From NCBI GenBank assembly GCA_964016885.1, contig OZ024742.1:357678001-357742000 (forward strand): a stretch of DNA of 64,000 bases. Reading direction: 5' to 3'. The notes below the pieces were generated by a model. That model worked only from the letters and a program-made list of their open reading frames with translations. It searched no databases and had not been told where the DNA came from. Positions 12,601 to 27,600 of the stretch are shown one piece after another. The position numbers were made by a program, and so were the translations under genes. The DNA is from Eledone cirrhosa (taxonomy: Eukaryota). The first letter of the stretch is position 1, and every line of letters starts with the position of its first letter.

Positions 12601-15600
12601 TTGTACCAGTGAGGGTAGAAATAGGGCGCTTGTGGTTGATAACAGGTACTATTGTACAACTGAGGGTAGAAATAGGGCGCTTGTGGTTAATAACAGGTTC
12701 TATTGTACCACTGAGGGTAGAAATAGGGCGCTTCTGGTTGATAACAGCTTCTAGTGTACCACTGAGGGTAGAAATAGGGCGCTTGTGGTTGATAACAGCT
12801 TCTATTGTACCACTGAGGGTAGAAGTAGGGCGCTTGTGGTTGATAACAACTTCTATTGTACCACTGAGGGTAGAAATAGGGCGCTTGTGGATGATAACAG
12901 CTTCTATTGTACCACTGAGGGTAGAAATAGGGCGCTTGTGCTTGATAACAGCTTCTATTGTACCACTGAGGGTAGAAATAGGCGCTTGTGGATGATAACA
13001 GCTTCTATTGTACCAGTGAGCGTAGAAATAAGGCGCTTGTGGTTGATAACAGGTTCTATTGTACCACTGAGGGTAGAAATAGGGCGCTTGTGGTTGATAA
13101 CAGGTTCTATTGTACCACTGAGGGTAGAAATAGGGCGCTTGTGGTTGATAACAGCTTCTATTGTACCAGTGAGGGTAGAAATAGGGCGCTTGTGGCTGAT
13201 AACAGATTCTACTGTACCAGTGAGGGTAGAAATAGGGCGGTTGTGGTTGATAACAGGTTCTATTGTACCACTGAGGGTAGAAATAGGGCGGTTGTGGTTG
13301 ATAACAGGTTCTATTGTACCACTGAGGGTAGAAATAGGGTTCTTGTGGATGATAACAGCTTCTATTGTACCACTTAGTGTAGAAATAGGGCGCTTGTGGT
13401 TGATAACAGCTTCTATTGTACCACTGAGGGTAGAAATAGGGCGCTTGTGGTTGATAACAGCTTCTATTGTACCACTGAGGGTAGAAATAGGGCTCTTGTG
13501 GTTGATAACAGCTTCTATTGTACCACTGAGGGTAGAAATAGGGTGCTTGTGGTGGTTGATAACAGCTTCTATTGTACCAGTGAGGGTAGAAATAGGGCGC
13601 TTGTGGTTGATAACAGGTACTATTGTACAACTGAGGGTAGAAATAGGGCGCTTGTGGTTAATAACAGGTTCTATTGTACCACTGAGGGTAGAAATAGGGC
13701 GCTTCTGGTTGATAACAGCTTCTATTGTACCACTGAGGGTAGAAATAGGGCGCTTGTGGTTGATAACAGCTTATATTGTACCACTGAGGGTAGAAATAGG
13801 GCGCTTGTGGTTGATAACAGTTTCTATTGTACCACTGAGGGTAGAAATAGGGCGCTTGTGGTTGATAACAGCTTCTATTGTACCAGTGAGGGTAGAAATA
13901 GGGCCCTTGTGGTTGATAACAGCTTCTATTGTACCAGTGAGGGTAGAAATAGGGCGCTTGTGGTTGATAACAGCTTCTATTGTACCACTGAGGGTAGAAA
14001 TAGGGCTCTTGTGGATGATAACAGCTTCTATTGTACCAGTGAGGGTAGAAATAGGGCCCTTGTGGTTGATAACAGGTTCTATTGTACCACTGAGGGTAGA
14101 AATATGGCGCTTGTGGATGATAACAGCTTCTATTGTACCAGTGAGGGTAGAAATAGGGCGCTTGTGGTTGATAACAGGTTCTATTGTACCACTGAGGGTA
14201 GAAATAGGGCGCTTGTGGTTGATAACAGGTTCTATTGTACCACTGAGGGTAGAAATAGGGCGCTTGTGGTTGATAACAGCTTCTATTGTACCACTGAGGG
14301 TAGAAATAGGGCGCTTGTGGTTGATAACAGGTTCTATTGTACCACTGAGGGTAGAATTGGGCGCTTGTGGTTGATAACAGCTTCTATTGTACCACTGAGG
14401 GTAGAAATAGGGCGCTTGTGGATGATAACAGCTTCTATTGTACCAGTGAGGGTAGAAATAGGGCGCTTGTGGATGATAACAGCTTCTATTGTACCAGTGA
14501 GGGTAGAAATAAGGCGCTTGTGGTTGATAACAGGTTCTATTGTACCACTGAGGGTAGAAATAGGGCGCTTGTGGTTGATAACAGGTTCTATTGTACCACT
14601 GAGGGTAGAAATAGGGCGCTTGTGGTTGATAACAGCTTCTATTGTACCAGTGAGGGTAGAAATAGGGCGCTTGTGGTTGATAACAGCTTCTATCGTACCA
14701 CTGAGGGTAGAAATAGGGCGCTTGTGGATGATAACAGCTTCTATTGTACCAGTGAGGGTAGAAATAGGGCGCTTGTGTGTGATAACAGCTTCTATTGTAC
14801 CAGTGAGGGTAGAAATAGGGCGCTTGTGGTTGATAACAGCTTCTATTGTACCAGTGAGGGTAGAAATAGGGAGCTTGTGGCTGATAACAGATTCTACTGT
14901 ACCAGTGAGGGTAGAAATAGGGCGGTTGTGGTTGATAACAGGTTCTATTGTACCACTGAGGGTAGAAATAGGGCGGTTGTGGTTGATAACAGGTTCTATT
15001 GTACCACTGAGGGTAGAAATAGGGTTCTTGTGGATGATAACAGCTTCTATTGTACCACTTAGTGTAGAAATAGGGCGCTTGTGGTTGATAACAGCTTCTA
15101 TTGTACCACTGAGGGTAGAAATAGGGCGCTTGTGGTTGATAACAGCTTCTATTGTACCACTGAGGGTAGAAATAGGGCTCTTGTGGTTGATAACAGCTTC
15201 TATTGTACCACTGAGGGTAGAAATAGGGTGCTTGTGGTGGTTGATAACAGCTTCTATTGTACCAGTGAGGGTAGAAATAGGGCGCTTGTGGTTGATAACA
15301 GGTACTATTGTACAACTGAGGGTAGAAATAGGGCGCTTGTGGTTAATAACAGGTTCTATTGTACCACTGAGGGTAGAAATAGGGCGCTTCTGGTTGATAA
15401 CAGCTTCTAGTGTACCACTGAGGGTAGAAATAGGGCGCTTGTGGTTGATAACAGCTTCTATTGTACCACTGAGGGTAGAAGTAGGGCGCTTGTGGTTGAT
15501 AACAACTTCTATTGTACCACTGAGGGTAGAAATAGGGCGCTTGTGGATGATAACAGCTTCTATTGTACCACTGAGGGTAGAAATAGGGCGCTTGTGGTTG

Positions 15601-18600
15601 ATAACAGCTTCTATTGTACCACTGAGGGTAGAAATAGGCGCTTGTGGATGATAACAGCTTCTATTGTACCAGTGAGCGTAGAAATAAGGCGCTTGTGGTT
15701 GATAACAGGTTCTATTGTACCACTGAGGGTAGAAATAGGGCGCTTGTGGTTGATAACAGGTTCTATTGTACCACTGAGGGTAGAAATAGGGCGCTTGTTG
15801 TTGATAACAGCTTCTATTGTACCACTGAGGGTAGAAATAGGGCGCTTGTGGTTGATAACAGCTTCTATTGTACCAGTGAGGGTAGAAATAGGGCGCTTGT
15901 GGTTGATAACAGCTTCTATCGTACCACTGAGGGTAGAAATAGGGCGCTTGTGGATGATAACAGCTTCTATTGTACCAGTGAGGGTAGAAATAGGGCGCTT
16001 GTGTGTGATAACAGCTTCTATTGTACCAGTGAGGGTAGAAATAGGGCGCTTGTGGTTGATAACAGCTTCTATTGTACCAGTGAGGGTAGAAATAGGGCGC
16101 TTGTGGCTGATAACAGATTCTACTGTACCAGTGAGGGTAGAAATAGGGCGGTTGTGGTTGATAACAGGTTCTATTGTACCACTGAGGGTAGAAATAGGGC
16201 GGTTGTGGTTGATAACAGGTTCTATTGTACCACTGAGGGTAGAAATAGGGTTCTTGTGGATGATAACAGCTTCTATTGTACCACTTAGTGTAGAAATAGG
16301 GCGCTTGTGGTTGATAACAGCTTCTATTGTACCACTGAGGGTAGAAATAGGGCGCTTGTGGTTGATAACAGCTTCTATTGTACCACTGAGGGTAGAAATA
16401 GGGCTCTTGTGGTTGATAACAGCTTCTATTGTACCACTGAGGGTAGAAATAGGGTGCTTGTGGTGGTTGATAACAGCTTCTATTGTACCAGTGAGGGTAG
16501 AAATAGGGCGCTTGTGGTTGATAACAGGTACTATTGTACAACTGAGGGTAGAAATAGGGCGCTTGTGGTTAATAACAGGTTCTATTGTACCACTGAGGGT
16601 AGAAATAGGGCGCTTCTGGTTGATAACAGCTTCTAGTGTACCACTGAGGGTAGAAATAGGGCGCTTGTGGTTGATAACAGCTTCTATTGTACCACTGAGG
16701 GTAGAAGTAGGGCGCTTGTGGTTGATAACAACTTCTATTGTACCACTGAGGGTAGAAATAGGGCGCTTGTGGATGATAACAGCTTCTATTGTACCACTGA
16801 GGGTAGAAATAGGGCGCTTGTGCTTGATAACAGCTTCTATTGTACCACTGAGGGTAGAAATAGGCGCTTGTGGATGATAACAGCTTCTATTGTACCAGTG
16901 AGCGTAGAAATAAGGCGCTTGTGGTTGATAACAGGTTCTATTGTACCACTGAGGGTAGAAATAGGGCGCTTGTGGTTGATAACAGGTTCTATTGTACCAC
17001 TGAGGGTAGAAATAGGGCGCTTGTGGTTGATAACAGCTTCTATTGTACCAGTGAGGGTAGAAATAGGGCGCTTGTGGCTGATAACAGATTCTACTGTACC
17101 AGTGAGGGTAGAAATAGGGCGGTTGTGGTTGATAACAGGTTCTATTGTACCACTGAGGGTAGAAATAGGGCGGTTGTGGTTGATAACAGGTTCTATTGTA
17201 CCACTGAGGGTAGAAATAGGGTTCTTGTGGATGATAACAGCTTCTATTGTACCACTTAGTGTAGAAATAGGGCGCTTGTGGTTGATAACAGCTTCTATTG
17301 TACCACTGAGGGTAGAAATAGGGCGCTTGTGGTTGATAACAGCTTCTATTGTACCACTGAGGGTAGAAATAGGGCTCTTGTGGTTGATAACAGCTTCTAT
17401 TGTACCACTGAGGGTAGAAATAGGGTGCTTGTGGTGGTTGATAACAGCTTCTATTGTACCAGTGAGGGTAGAAATAGGGCGCTTGTGGTTGATAACAGGT
17501 ACTATTGTACAACTGAGGGTAGAAATAGGGCGCTTGTGGTTAATAACAGGTTCTATTGTACCACTGAGGGTAGAAATAGGGCGCTTCTGGTTGATAACAG
17601 CTTCTATTGTACCACTGAGGGTAGAAATAGGGCGCTTGTGGTTGATAACAGCTTATATTGTACCACTGAGGGTAGAAATAGGGCGCTTGTGGTTGATAAC
17701 AGTTTCTATTGTACCACTGAGGGTAGAAATAGGGCGCTTGTGGTTGATAACAGCTTCTATTGTACCAGTGAGGGTAGAAATAGGGCCCTTGTGGTTGATA
17801 ACAGCTTCTATTGTACCAGTGAGGGTAGAAATAGGGCGCTTGTGGTTGATAACAGCTTCTATTGTACCACTGAGGGTAGAAATAGGGCTCTTGTGGATGA
17901 TAACAGCTTCTATTGTACCAGTGAGGGTAGAAATAGGGCCCTTGTGGTTGATAACAGGTTCTATTGTACCACTGAGGGTAGAAATATGGCGCTTGTGGAT
18001 GATAACAGCTTCTATTGTACCAGTGAGGGTAGAAATAGGGCGCTTGTGGTTGATAACAGGTTCTATTGTACCACTGAGGGTAGAAATAGGGCGCTTGTGG
18101 TTGATAACAGGTTCTATTGTACCACTGAGGGTAGAAATAGGGCGCTTGTGGTTGATAACAGCTTCTATTGTACCACTGAGGGTAGAAATAGGGCGCTTGT
18201 GGTTGATAACAGGTTCTATTGTACCACTGAGGGTAGAATTGGGCGCTTGTGGTTGATAACAGCTTCTATTGTACCACTGAGGGTAGAAATAGGGCGCTTG
18301 TGGATGATAACAGCTTCTATTGTACCAGTGAGGGTAGAAATAGGGCGCTTGTGGATGATAACAGCTTCTATTGTACCAGTGAGGGTAGAAATAAGGCGCT
18401 TGTGGTTGATAACAGGTTCTATTGTACCACTGAGGGTAGAAATAGGGCGCTTGTGGTTGATAACAGGTTCTATTGTACCACTGAGGGTAGAAATAGGGCG
18501 CTTGTGGTTGATAACAGCTTCTATTGTACCAGTGAGGGTAGAAATAGGGCGCTTGTGGTTGATAACAGCTTCTATCGTACCACTGAGGGTAGAAATAGGG

Positions 18601-21600
18601 CGCTTGTGGATGATAACAGCTTCTATTGTACCAGTGAGGGTAGAAATAGGGCGCTTGTGTGTGATAACAGCTTCTATTGTACCAGTGAGGGTAGAAATAG
18701 GGCGCTTGTGGTTGATAACAGCTTCTATTGTACCAGTGAGGGTAGAAATAGGGAGCTTGTGGCTGATAACAGATTCTACTGTACCAGTGAGGGTAGAAAT
18801 AGGGCGGTTGTGGTTGATAACAGGTTCTATTGTACCACTGAGGGTAGAAATAGGGCGGTTGTGGTTGATAACAGGTTCTATTGTACCACTGAGGGTAGAA
18901 ATAGGGTTCTTGTGGATGATAACAGCTTCTATTGTACCACTTAGTGTAGAAATAGGGCGCTTGTGGTTGATAACAGCTTCTATTGTACCACTGAGGGTAG
19001 AAATAGGGCGCTTGTGGTTGATAACAGCTTCTATTGTACCACTGAGGGTAGAAATAGGGCTCTTGTGGTTGATAACAGCTTCTATTGTACCACTGAGGGT
19101 AGAAATAGGGTGCTTGTGGTGGTTGATAACAGCTTCTATTGTACCAGTGAGGGTAGAAATAGGGCGCTTGTGGTTGATAACAGGTACTATTGTACAACTG
19201 AGGGTAGAAATAGGGCGCTTGTGGTTAATAACAGGTTCTATTGTACCACTGAGGGTAGAAATAGGGCGCTTCTGGTTGATAACAGCTTCTAGTGTACCAC
19301 TGAGGGTAGAAATAGGGCGCTTGTGGTTGATAACAGCTTCTATTGTACCACTGAGGGTAGAAGTAGGGCGCTTGTGGTTGATAACAACTTCTATTGTACC
19401 ACTGAGGGTAGAAATAGGGCGCTTGTGGATGATAACAGCTTCTATTGTACCACTGAGGGTAGAAATAGGGCGCTTGTGGTTGATAACAGCTTCTATTGTA
19501 CCACTGAGGGTAGAAATAGGCGCTTGTGGATGATAACAGCTTCTATTGTACCAGTGAGCGTAGAAATAAGGCGCTTGTGGTTGATAACAGGTTCTATTGT
19601 ACCACTGAGGGTAGAAATAGGGCGCTTGTGGTTGATAACAGGTTCTATTGTACCACTGAGGGTAGAAATAGGGCGCTTGTTGTTGATAACAGCTTCTATT
19701 GTACCACTGAGGGTAGAAATAGGGCGCTTGTGGATGATAACAGCTTCTATTGTACCAGTGAGGGTAGAAATAGGGCGCTTGTGGGTGATAACAGCTTCTA
19801 TTGTACCAGTGAGGGTAGAAATAGGGCGCTTGTGGTTGATAACAGCTTCTATTGTACCAGTGAGGGTAGAAATAGGCCGCTTGTGGCTGATAACAGCTTC
19901 TATTGTACCAGTGAGGGTAGAAATAGGGCGCTTGTGGTTGATAACAGGTTCTATTGTACCACTGAGAGTAGAAATAGGGCGGTTGTGGTTGATAACAGGT
20001 TCTATTGTACCACTGAGGGTAGAAATAGGGTTCTTGTGGATGATAACAGCTTCTATTGTACCACTTAGAGTAGAAATAGGGCGCTTGTGGTTGATAACAG
20101 CTTCTGTTGTACCACTGAGGGTAGAAATAGGGCGCTTGTGGTTGATAACAGGTTCTATTGTACCACTGAGGGTAGAAATAGGGCGCTTGTGGTTGATAAC
20201 AGCTTCTATTGTACCACTGAGGGTATAAATAGGGCGCTTGTGGTTGATAACAGCTTCTATTGTATAACTGAGGGTAGAGATAGGGCGCTTGTGGATGATA
20301 ACAGCTTCTATTGTACCAGTGAGGGTAGAAATAGGGCGCTTGTGGATGATAACAGCTTCTATTGTACCACTTAGGGTAGAAATAGGGCGCTTGTGGTTGA
20401 TAACAGCTTGTATTGTACCAGTGAGGGTAGAAATAGGGCGCTTGTGGTTGATAACAGCTTATATTGTACCACTGAGGGTAGAAATAGGGCGCTTGTGGTT
20501 GATAACAGTTTCTATTGTACCACTGAGGGTAGAAATAGGGCGCTTGTGGTTGATAACAGCTTCTATTGTACCAGTGAGGCTAGAAATAGGGCGCTTGTGG
20601 ATGATAACAGCTTCTATTGTACCACTGAGGGTAGAAATAGGGCGCTTGTGGTTGATAACAGCTTCTATTGTACCAGTGAGGGTAGAAATAGGGCGCTTGT
20701 GGTTGATAACAGCTTCTATTGTACCACTGAGGGTAGAAATAGGGCTCTTGTGGATGATAACAGCTTCTATTGTACCAGTGAGGGTAGAAATAGGGCCCTT
20801 GTGGTTGATAACAGGTTCTATTGTACCACTGAGCGTAGAAATATGGCGCTTGTGGATGATAACAGCTTCTATTGTACCAGTGAGGGTAGAAATAGGGCGC
20901 TTGTGGTTGATAACAGGTTCTATTGTACCACTGAGGGTAGAAATAGGGCGCTTGTGGTTGATAACAGGTTCTATTGTACCACTGAGGGTAGAAATAGGGC
21001 GCTTGTGGTTGATAACAGCTTCTATTGTACCACTGAGGGTAGAAATAGGGCGCTTGTGGTTGATAACAGGTTCTATTGTACAAATGAGGGTAGAAATAGG
21101 GCGCTTGTGGTTGATAACAGCTTCTATTGTACCACTGAGTGTAGAAATAGGGCGCTTGTGGATGATAACAGCTTCTATTGTACCAGTGAGTGTAGAAATA
21201 GGGCGCTTGTGGATGATAATAGCTTCTATTGTACCAGTGAGGGTAGAAATAAGGCGCTTGTGGTTAATAACAGGTTCTATTGTACCACTGAGGATAGAAA
21301 TAGGGCGCTTGTGGTTGATAACAGGTTCTATTGTACCACTGAGGGTAGAAATAGGGCGCTTGTGGTTGATAACAGCTTCTATTGTACCACTGAGGGTAGA
21401 AATAGGGCGCTTGTGGTTGATAACAGCTTCTATCGTACCACTGAGGGTAGAAATAGGGCGCTTGTGGATGATAACAGCTTCTATTGTACCAGTGAGGGTA
21501 GAAATAGAGCGCTTGTGGGTGATAACAGCTTCTATTGTACCAGTGAGGGTAGAAATAGGGCGCTTGTGGTTGATAACAGCTTCTATTGTACCAGTGAGGG

Positions 21601-24600
21601 TAGAAATAGGGCGCTTGTGGCTGATAACAGATTCTACTGTACCAGTGAGGGTAGAAATAGGGCGCTTGTGGTTGATAACAGGTTCTATTGTACCACTGAG
21701 GGTAGAAATAGGGCGGTTGTGGTTGATAACAGGTTCTATTGTACCACTGAGGGTAGAAATAGGGTTCTTGTGGTTGATAACAGCTTCTATTGTACCACTT
21801 AGTGTAGAAATAGGGCGCTTGTGGTTGATAACAGCTTCTATTGTACCACTGAGGGTAGAAATAGGGCGCTTGTGGTTGATAACAGCTTCTATTGTACCAG
21901 TGAGGGTAGAAATAGGGCGCTTGTGGTTGATAACAGGTTCTATTCTACCACTGAGGGTAGAAATAGGGCGGTTGTCGTTGATAACAGGTTCTATTGTACC
22001 ACTGAGGGTAGAAATAGGGCGCTTGTGGTTGATAACAGGTTCTATTGTACCACTGAGGGTAGAAATAGGGCGCTTGTTGTTGATAACAGCTTCTATTGTA
22101 CCACTGAGGGTAGAAATAGGGCGCTTGTGGATGATAACAGCTTCTATTGTACCAGTGAGGGTAGAAATAGGGCGCTTGTGGGTGATAACAGCTTCTATTG
22201 TACCAGTGAGGGTAGAAATAGGGCGCTTTTGGTTGATAACAGCTTCTATTGTACCAGTGAGGGTAGAAATAGGGCGCTTGTGGCTGATAACAGCTTCTAG
22301 TGTACCAGTGAGGGTAGAAATAGGGCGCTTGTGGTTGATAACAGGTTCTATTGTACCACTGAGGGTAGAAATAGGGCGGTTGTGGTTGATAACAGGTTCT
22401 ATTGTACCACTGAGGGTAGAAATAGAGTTCTTGTGGATGATAACAGATTCTATTGTACCACTTAGGGTAGAAATAGGGCGCTTGTGGTTGATAAAAGCTT
22501 CTATTGTACCACTGAGGGTAGAAATAGGGCGCTTGTGGTTGATAACAGCTTCTATTGTACCAGTGAGGGTAGAAATAGGGCGCTTGTGGTTGATAACAGG
22601 TTCTATTCTACCACTGAGGGTAGAAATAGGGCGGTTGTCGTTGATAACAGGTTCTATTGTACCACTGAGGGTAGAAATAGGGCGCTTGTGGTTGATAACA
22701 GGTTCTATTGTACCACTGAGGGTAGAAATAGGGCGCTTGTTGTTGATAACAGCTTCTATTGTACCACTGAGGGTAGAAATAAGGCGCTTGTGGATGATAA
22801 CAGCTTCTATTGTACCAGTGAGGGTAGAAATAGGGCGCTTGTGGGTGATAACAGCTTCTATTGTACCAGTGAGGGTAGAAATAGGGCGCTTGTGGTTGAT
22901 AACAGCTTCTATTGTACCAGTGAGGGTAGAAATAGGGCGCTTGTGGCTGATAACAGCTTCTATTGTACCAGTGAGGGTAGAAATAGGGCGCTTGTGGTTG
23001 ATAACAGGTTCTATTGTACCACTGAGGGTAGAAATAGGGCGGTTGTGGTTGATAACAGGTTCTATTGTACCACTGAGGGTAGAAATAGGGTTCTTGTGGA
23101 TGATAACAGCTTCTATTGTACCACTTAGGGTAGAAATAGGGCGCTTGTGGTTGATAACAGCTTCTATAGTACCACTGAGGGTAGAAATAGGGCGCTTGTG
23201 GTTGATAACAGCTTCTATTGTACCAGTGAGGGTAGAAATAGGGCGCTTGTGGTTGATAACAGGTTCTATTCTACCACTGAGGGTAGAAATAGGGCGGTTG
23301 TCGTTGATAACAGGTTCTATTGTACCACTGAGGGTAGAAATAGGGCGCTTGTGGTTGATAACAGGTTCTATTGTACCACTGAGGGTAGAAATAGGGCGCT
23401 TGTGGTTGATAACAGCTTCTATTGTACCACTGAGGGTAGAAATAGGGCGCTTGTGGTTGATAACAGCTTCTATCGTACCACTGAGGGTAGAAATAGGGCG
23501 CTTGTGGATGATAACAGCTTCTATTGTACCAGTGAGGGTAGAAATAGAGCGCTTGTGGGTGATAACAGCTTCTATTGTACCAGTGAGGGTAGAAATAGGG
23601 CGCTTGTGGTTGATAACAGCTTCTATTGTACCAGTGAGGGTAGAAATAGGGCGCTTGTGGCTGATAACAGATTCTACTGTACCAGTGAGGGTAGAAATAG
23701 GGCGCTTGTGGTTGATAACAGGTTCTATTGTACCACTGAGGGTAGAAATAGGGTTCTTGTGGTTGATAACAGCTTCTATTGTACCACTTAGTGTAGAAAT
23801 AGGGCGCTTGTGGTTGATAACAGGTTCTATTGTACCACTGAGGGTAGAAATAGGGCGGTTGTGGTTGATAACAGGTTCTATTGTACCACTGAGGGTAGAA
23901 ATAGAGTTCTTGTGGATGATAACAGATTCTATTGTACCACTTAGGGTAGAAATAGGGCGCTTGTGGTTGATAAAAGCTTCTATTGTACCACTGAGGGTAG
24001 AAATAGGGCGCTTGTGGTTGATAACAGCTTCTATTGTACCAGTGAGGGTAGAAATAGGGCGCTTGTGGTTGATAACAGGTTCTATTCTACCACTGAGGGT
24101 AGAAATAGGGCTGTTGTCGTTGATAACAGGTTCTATTGTACCACTGAGGGTAGAAATAGGGCGCTTGTGGTTGATAACAGGTTCTATTGTACCACTGAGG
24201 GTAGAAATAGGGCGCTTGTTGTTGATAACAGCTTCTATTGTACCACTGAGGGTAGAAATAAGGCGCTTGTGGATGATAACAGCTTCTATTGTACCAGTGA
24301 GGGTAGAAATAGGGCGCTTGTGGGTGATAACAGCTTCTATTGTACCAGTGAGGGTAGAAATAGGGCGCTTGTGGTTGATAACAGCTTCTATTGTACCAGT
24401 GAGGGTAGAAATAGGGCGCTTGTGGCTGATAACAGCTTCTATTGTACCAGTGAGGGTAGAAATAGGGCGCTTGTGGTTGATAACAGGTTCTATTGTACCA
24501 CTGAGGGTAGAAATAGGGCGGTTGTGGTTGATAACAGGTTCTATTGTACCACTGAGGGTAGAAATAGGGTTCTTGTGGATGATAACAGCTTCTATTGTAC

Positions 24601-27600
24601 CACTTAGGGTAGAAATAGGGCGCTTGTGGTTGATAACAGCTTCTATAGTACCACTGAGGGTAGAAATAGGGCGCTTGTGGTTGATAACAACTTCTATTGT
24701 ACCAGTGAGGGTAGAAATAGGGCGCTTGTGGTTGATAACAGGTTCTATTCTACCACTGAGTGTAGAAATAGGGCGGTTGTCGTTGATAACAGGTTCTATT
24801 GTACCACTGAGGGTAGAAATAGGGCGCTTGTGGTTGATAACAGTTTCTATTGTACCACTGAGGGTAGAAATAGGGCGCTTGTTGTTGATAACAGCTTCTA
24901 TTGTACCACTGAGGGTAGAAATAGGGCGCTTGTGGTTGATAACAGGTTCTATTGTACCACTGAGGGTAGAAATAGGGCGCTTGTGGTTGATAACAGCTTC
25001 TATTGTACCACTGAGGGTATAAATAGGGCGCTTGTGGTTGATAACAGCTTCTATTGTACCACTGAGGGTAGAGATAGGGCGCTTGTGGATGATAACAGCT
25101 TCTATTGTACCAGTGAGGGTAGAGATAGGGCGCTTGTGGATGATAACAGCTTCTATTGTACCAGTGAGGGTAGAAATAGGGCGCTTGTGGTTGATAACAG
25201 CTTCTATTGTACCACTGAGGGTAGAAATAGGGCGCTTGTGGATGATAACAGCTTCTATTGTACCAGTGAGGGTAGAAATAAGGCGCTTGTGGTTGATAAC
25301 AGGTTCTATTCTACCACTGAGGGTAGAAATAGGGCGGTTGTCGTTGATAACAGGTTCTATTGTACCACGGAGGGTGAGAAATAGGGCTCTTGTGGATGAT
25401 AACAGCTTCTATTGTACCACTGTGTGTAGAAATAGGGCTCTTGTGGATGATAACAGCTTCTATTGTACCAGTGAGGGTAGAAATAGGGCCCTTGTGGTTG
25501 ATAACAGGTTCTATTGTACCACTGAGGGTAGAAATCTGGCGCTTGTGGATGATAACAGCTTCTATTGTACCAGTGAGGGTAGAAATAGGGCACTTGTGGT
25601 TGATAACAGGTTCTATTGTACCACTGAGGGTAGAAATAGGGCGCTTGTGGTTGATAACAGGTTCTATTGTACCACTGAGTGTAGAAATATGGCGCTTGTG
25701 GTTGATAACAGCTTCTATTGTACCACTGAGGGTAGAAATAGGGCGCTTGTGGTTGATAACAGGTTCTATTGTACCACTGAGGGTAGAAATAGGGCGCTTG
25801 TGGTTGATAACAGCTTCTATTGTACCACTGAGGGTAGAAATAGGGCGCTTGTGGATGATAACAGCTTCTATTGTACCAGTGAGGGTAGAAATAGGGCGCT
25901 TGTGGATGATAACAGCTTCTATTGTACCACTGAGGGTAGAAATAGGGCGCTTGTGGTTGATAACAGCTTCTATTGTACCAGTGAGGGTAGAAATAGTGCC
26001 CTTGTGGTTGATAACAGCTTCTATTGTACCAGTGAGGGTAGAAATAGGGCGCTTGTGGTTGATAACAGCTTCTATTGTACCACTGAGGGTAGAAATAGGG
26101 CGCTTGTGGTTGATGACAGGTTCTATTGTACCACTGAGGGTAGAAATAGGGCGCTTGTGGTTGATAACAGCTTCTATTGTACCACTGAGGGTAGAAATAG
26201 GGCGCTTGTGGTTGATAACAGCTTCTATTGTACCACTGAGGGTAGAAATAGGGCGCTTGTGGATGATAACAGCTTCTATTGTACCAGTGAGGGTAGAAAT
26301 AGGGCGCTTGTGGATGGATGATAACAGCTTCTATTGTACCAGTGAGGGTAGAAATAGGGCGCTTGTGGTTGATAACAGCTTCTATTGTACCAGTGAGGGT
26401 AGAAATAGGGCGCTTGTGGTTGATAACAGCTTCTATTGTACCAGTGAGGGTAGAAATAGGGCGCTTGTGGATGATAACAGCTTCTATTGTACCAGTGAGG
26501 GTAGAAATAGGGCGCTTGTGGTTGATAACAGCTTCTATTGTACCAGTGAGGGTAGAAATAGGGCGCTTGTGGATGATAACAGCTTCTATTGTACCAGTGA
26601 GGGTAGAAATAGGGCGCTTGTGGTTGATAACAGGTTCTATTGTACCACTGAGGGTAGAAATAGGGCGGTGGTGGTTGATAACAGGTTCTATTGTACCACT
26701 GAGGGTAGAAATAGGGCTGTTGTGGATGATAACAGCTTCTATTGTACCACTTAGTGTAGAAATAGGGCGCTTGTGGTTGATAACAGCTTCTATTGTACCA
26801 CTGAGGGTAGAAATAGGGCGCGTGTTGTTGATAACAGCTTCTATTGTACCACTGAGGGTAGAAATAGGGCGCTTGTGGATGATAACAGCTTCTATTGTAC
26901 CACTGAGGGTAGAAATAGGGCGCTTGTGGTTGATAACAGGTTCTATTGTACCAGTGAGGGTAGAAATAGGGCCCTTGTGGTTGATAACAGCTTCTATTGT
27001 ACCAGTGAGGGTAGAAATAGGGCGCTTGTGGTTGATAACAGCTTCTATTGTACCACTGAGGGTAGAAATAGGGCTCTTGTGGATGATAACTGCTTCTATT
27101 GTACCAGTGAGGGTAGAAATAGGGCCCTTGTGGTTGATAACAGCTTCTATTGTACCAGTGAGGGTAGAAATAGTGCCCTTGTGGTTGATAACAGGTTCTA
27201 TTGTACCACTGAGGGTAGAAATAGGGCGCTTGTGGTTGATAACAGCTTCTATTGTACCACTGAGGGTAGAAATAGGGCCCTTGTGGTTGATAACAGCTTC
27301 TATTGTACCACTGAGGGTAGAAATAGGGCGCTTGTGGTTGATAACAGCTTCTATTGTACCACTGAGGGTAGAAATAGGGCGCTTGTGGTTGATAACAGCT
27401 TCTATTGTACCACTGAGGGTAGAAATAGGGCGCTTGTGGATGATAACAGCTTCTATTGTACCACTGAGGGTAGAAATAGGGCGCTTGTGGTTGATAACAG
27501 CTTCTATTGTACCACTGAGGGTAGAAATAGGGCGCTTGTGGATGATAACAGCTTCTATTGTACCAGTGAGGGTAGAAATAGGGCGCTTGTGGTTGATAAC

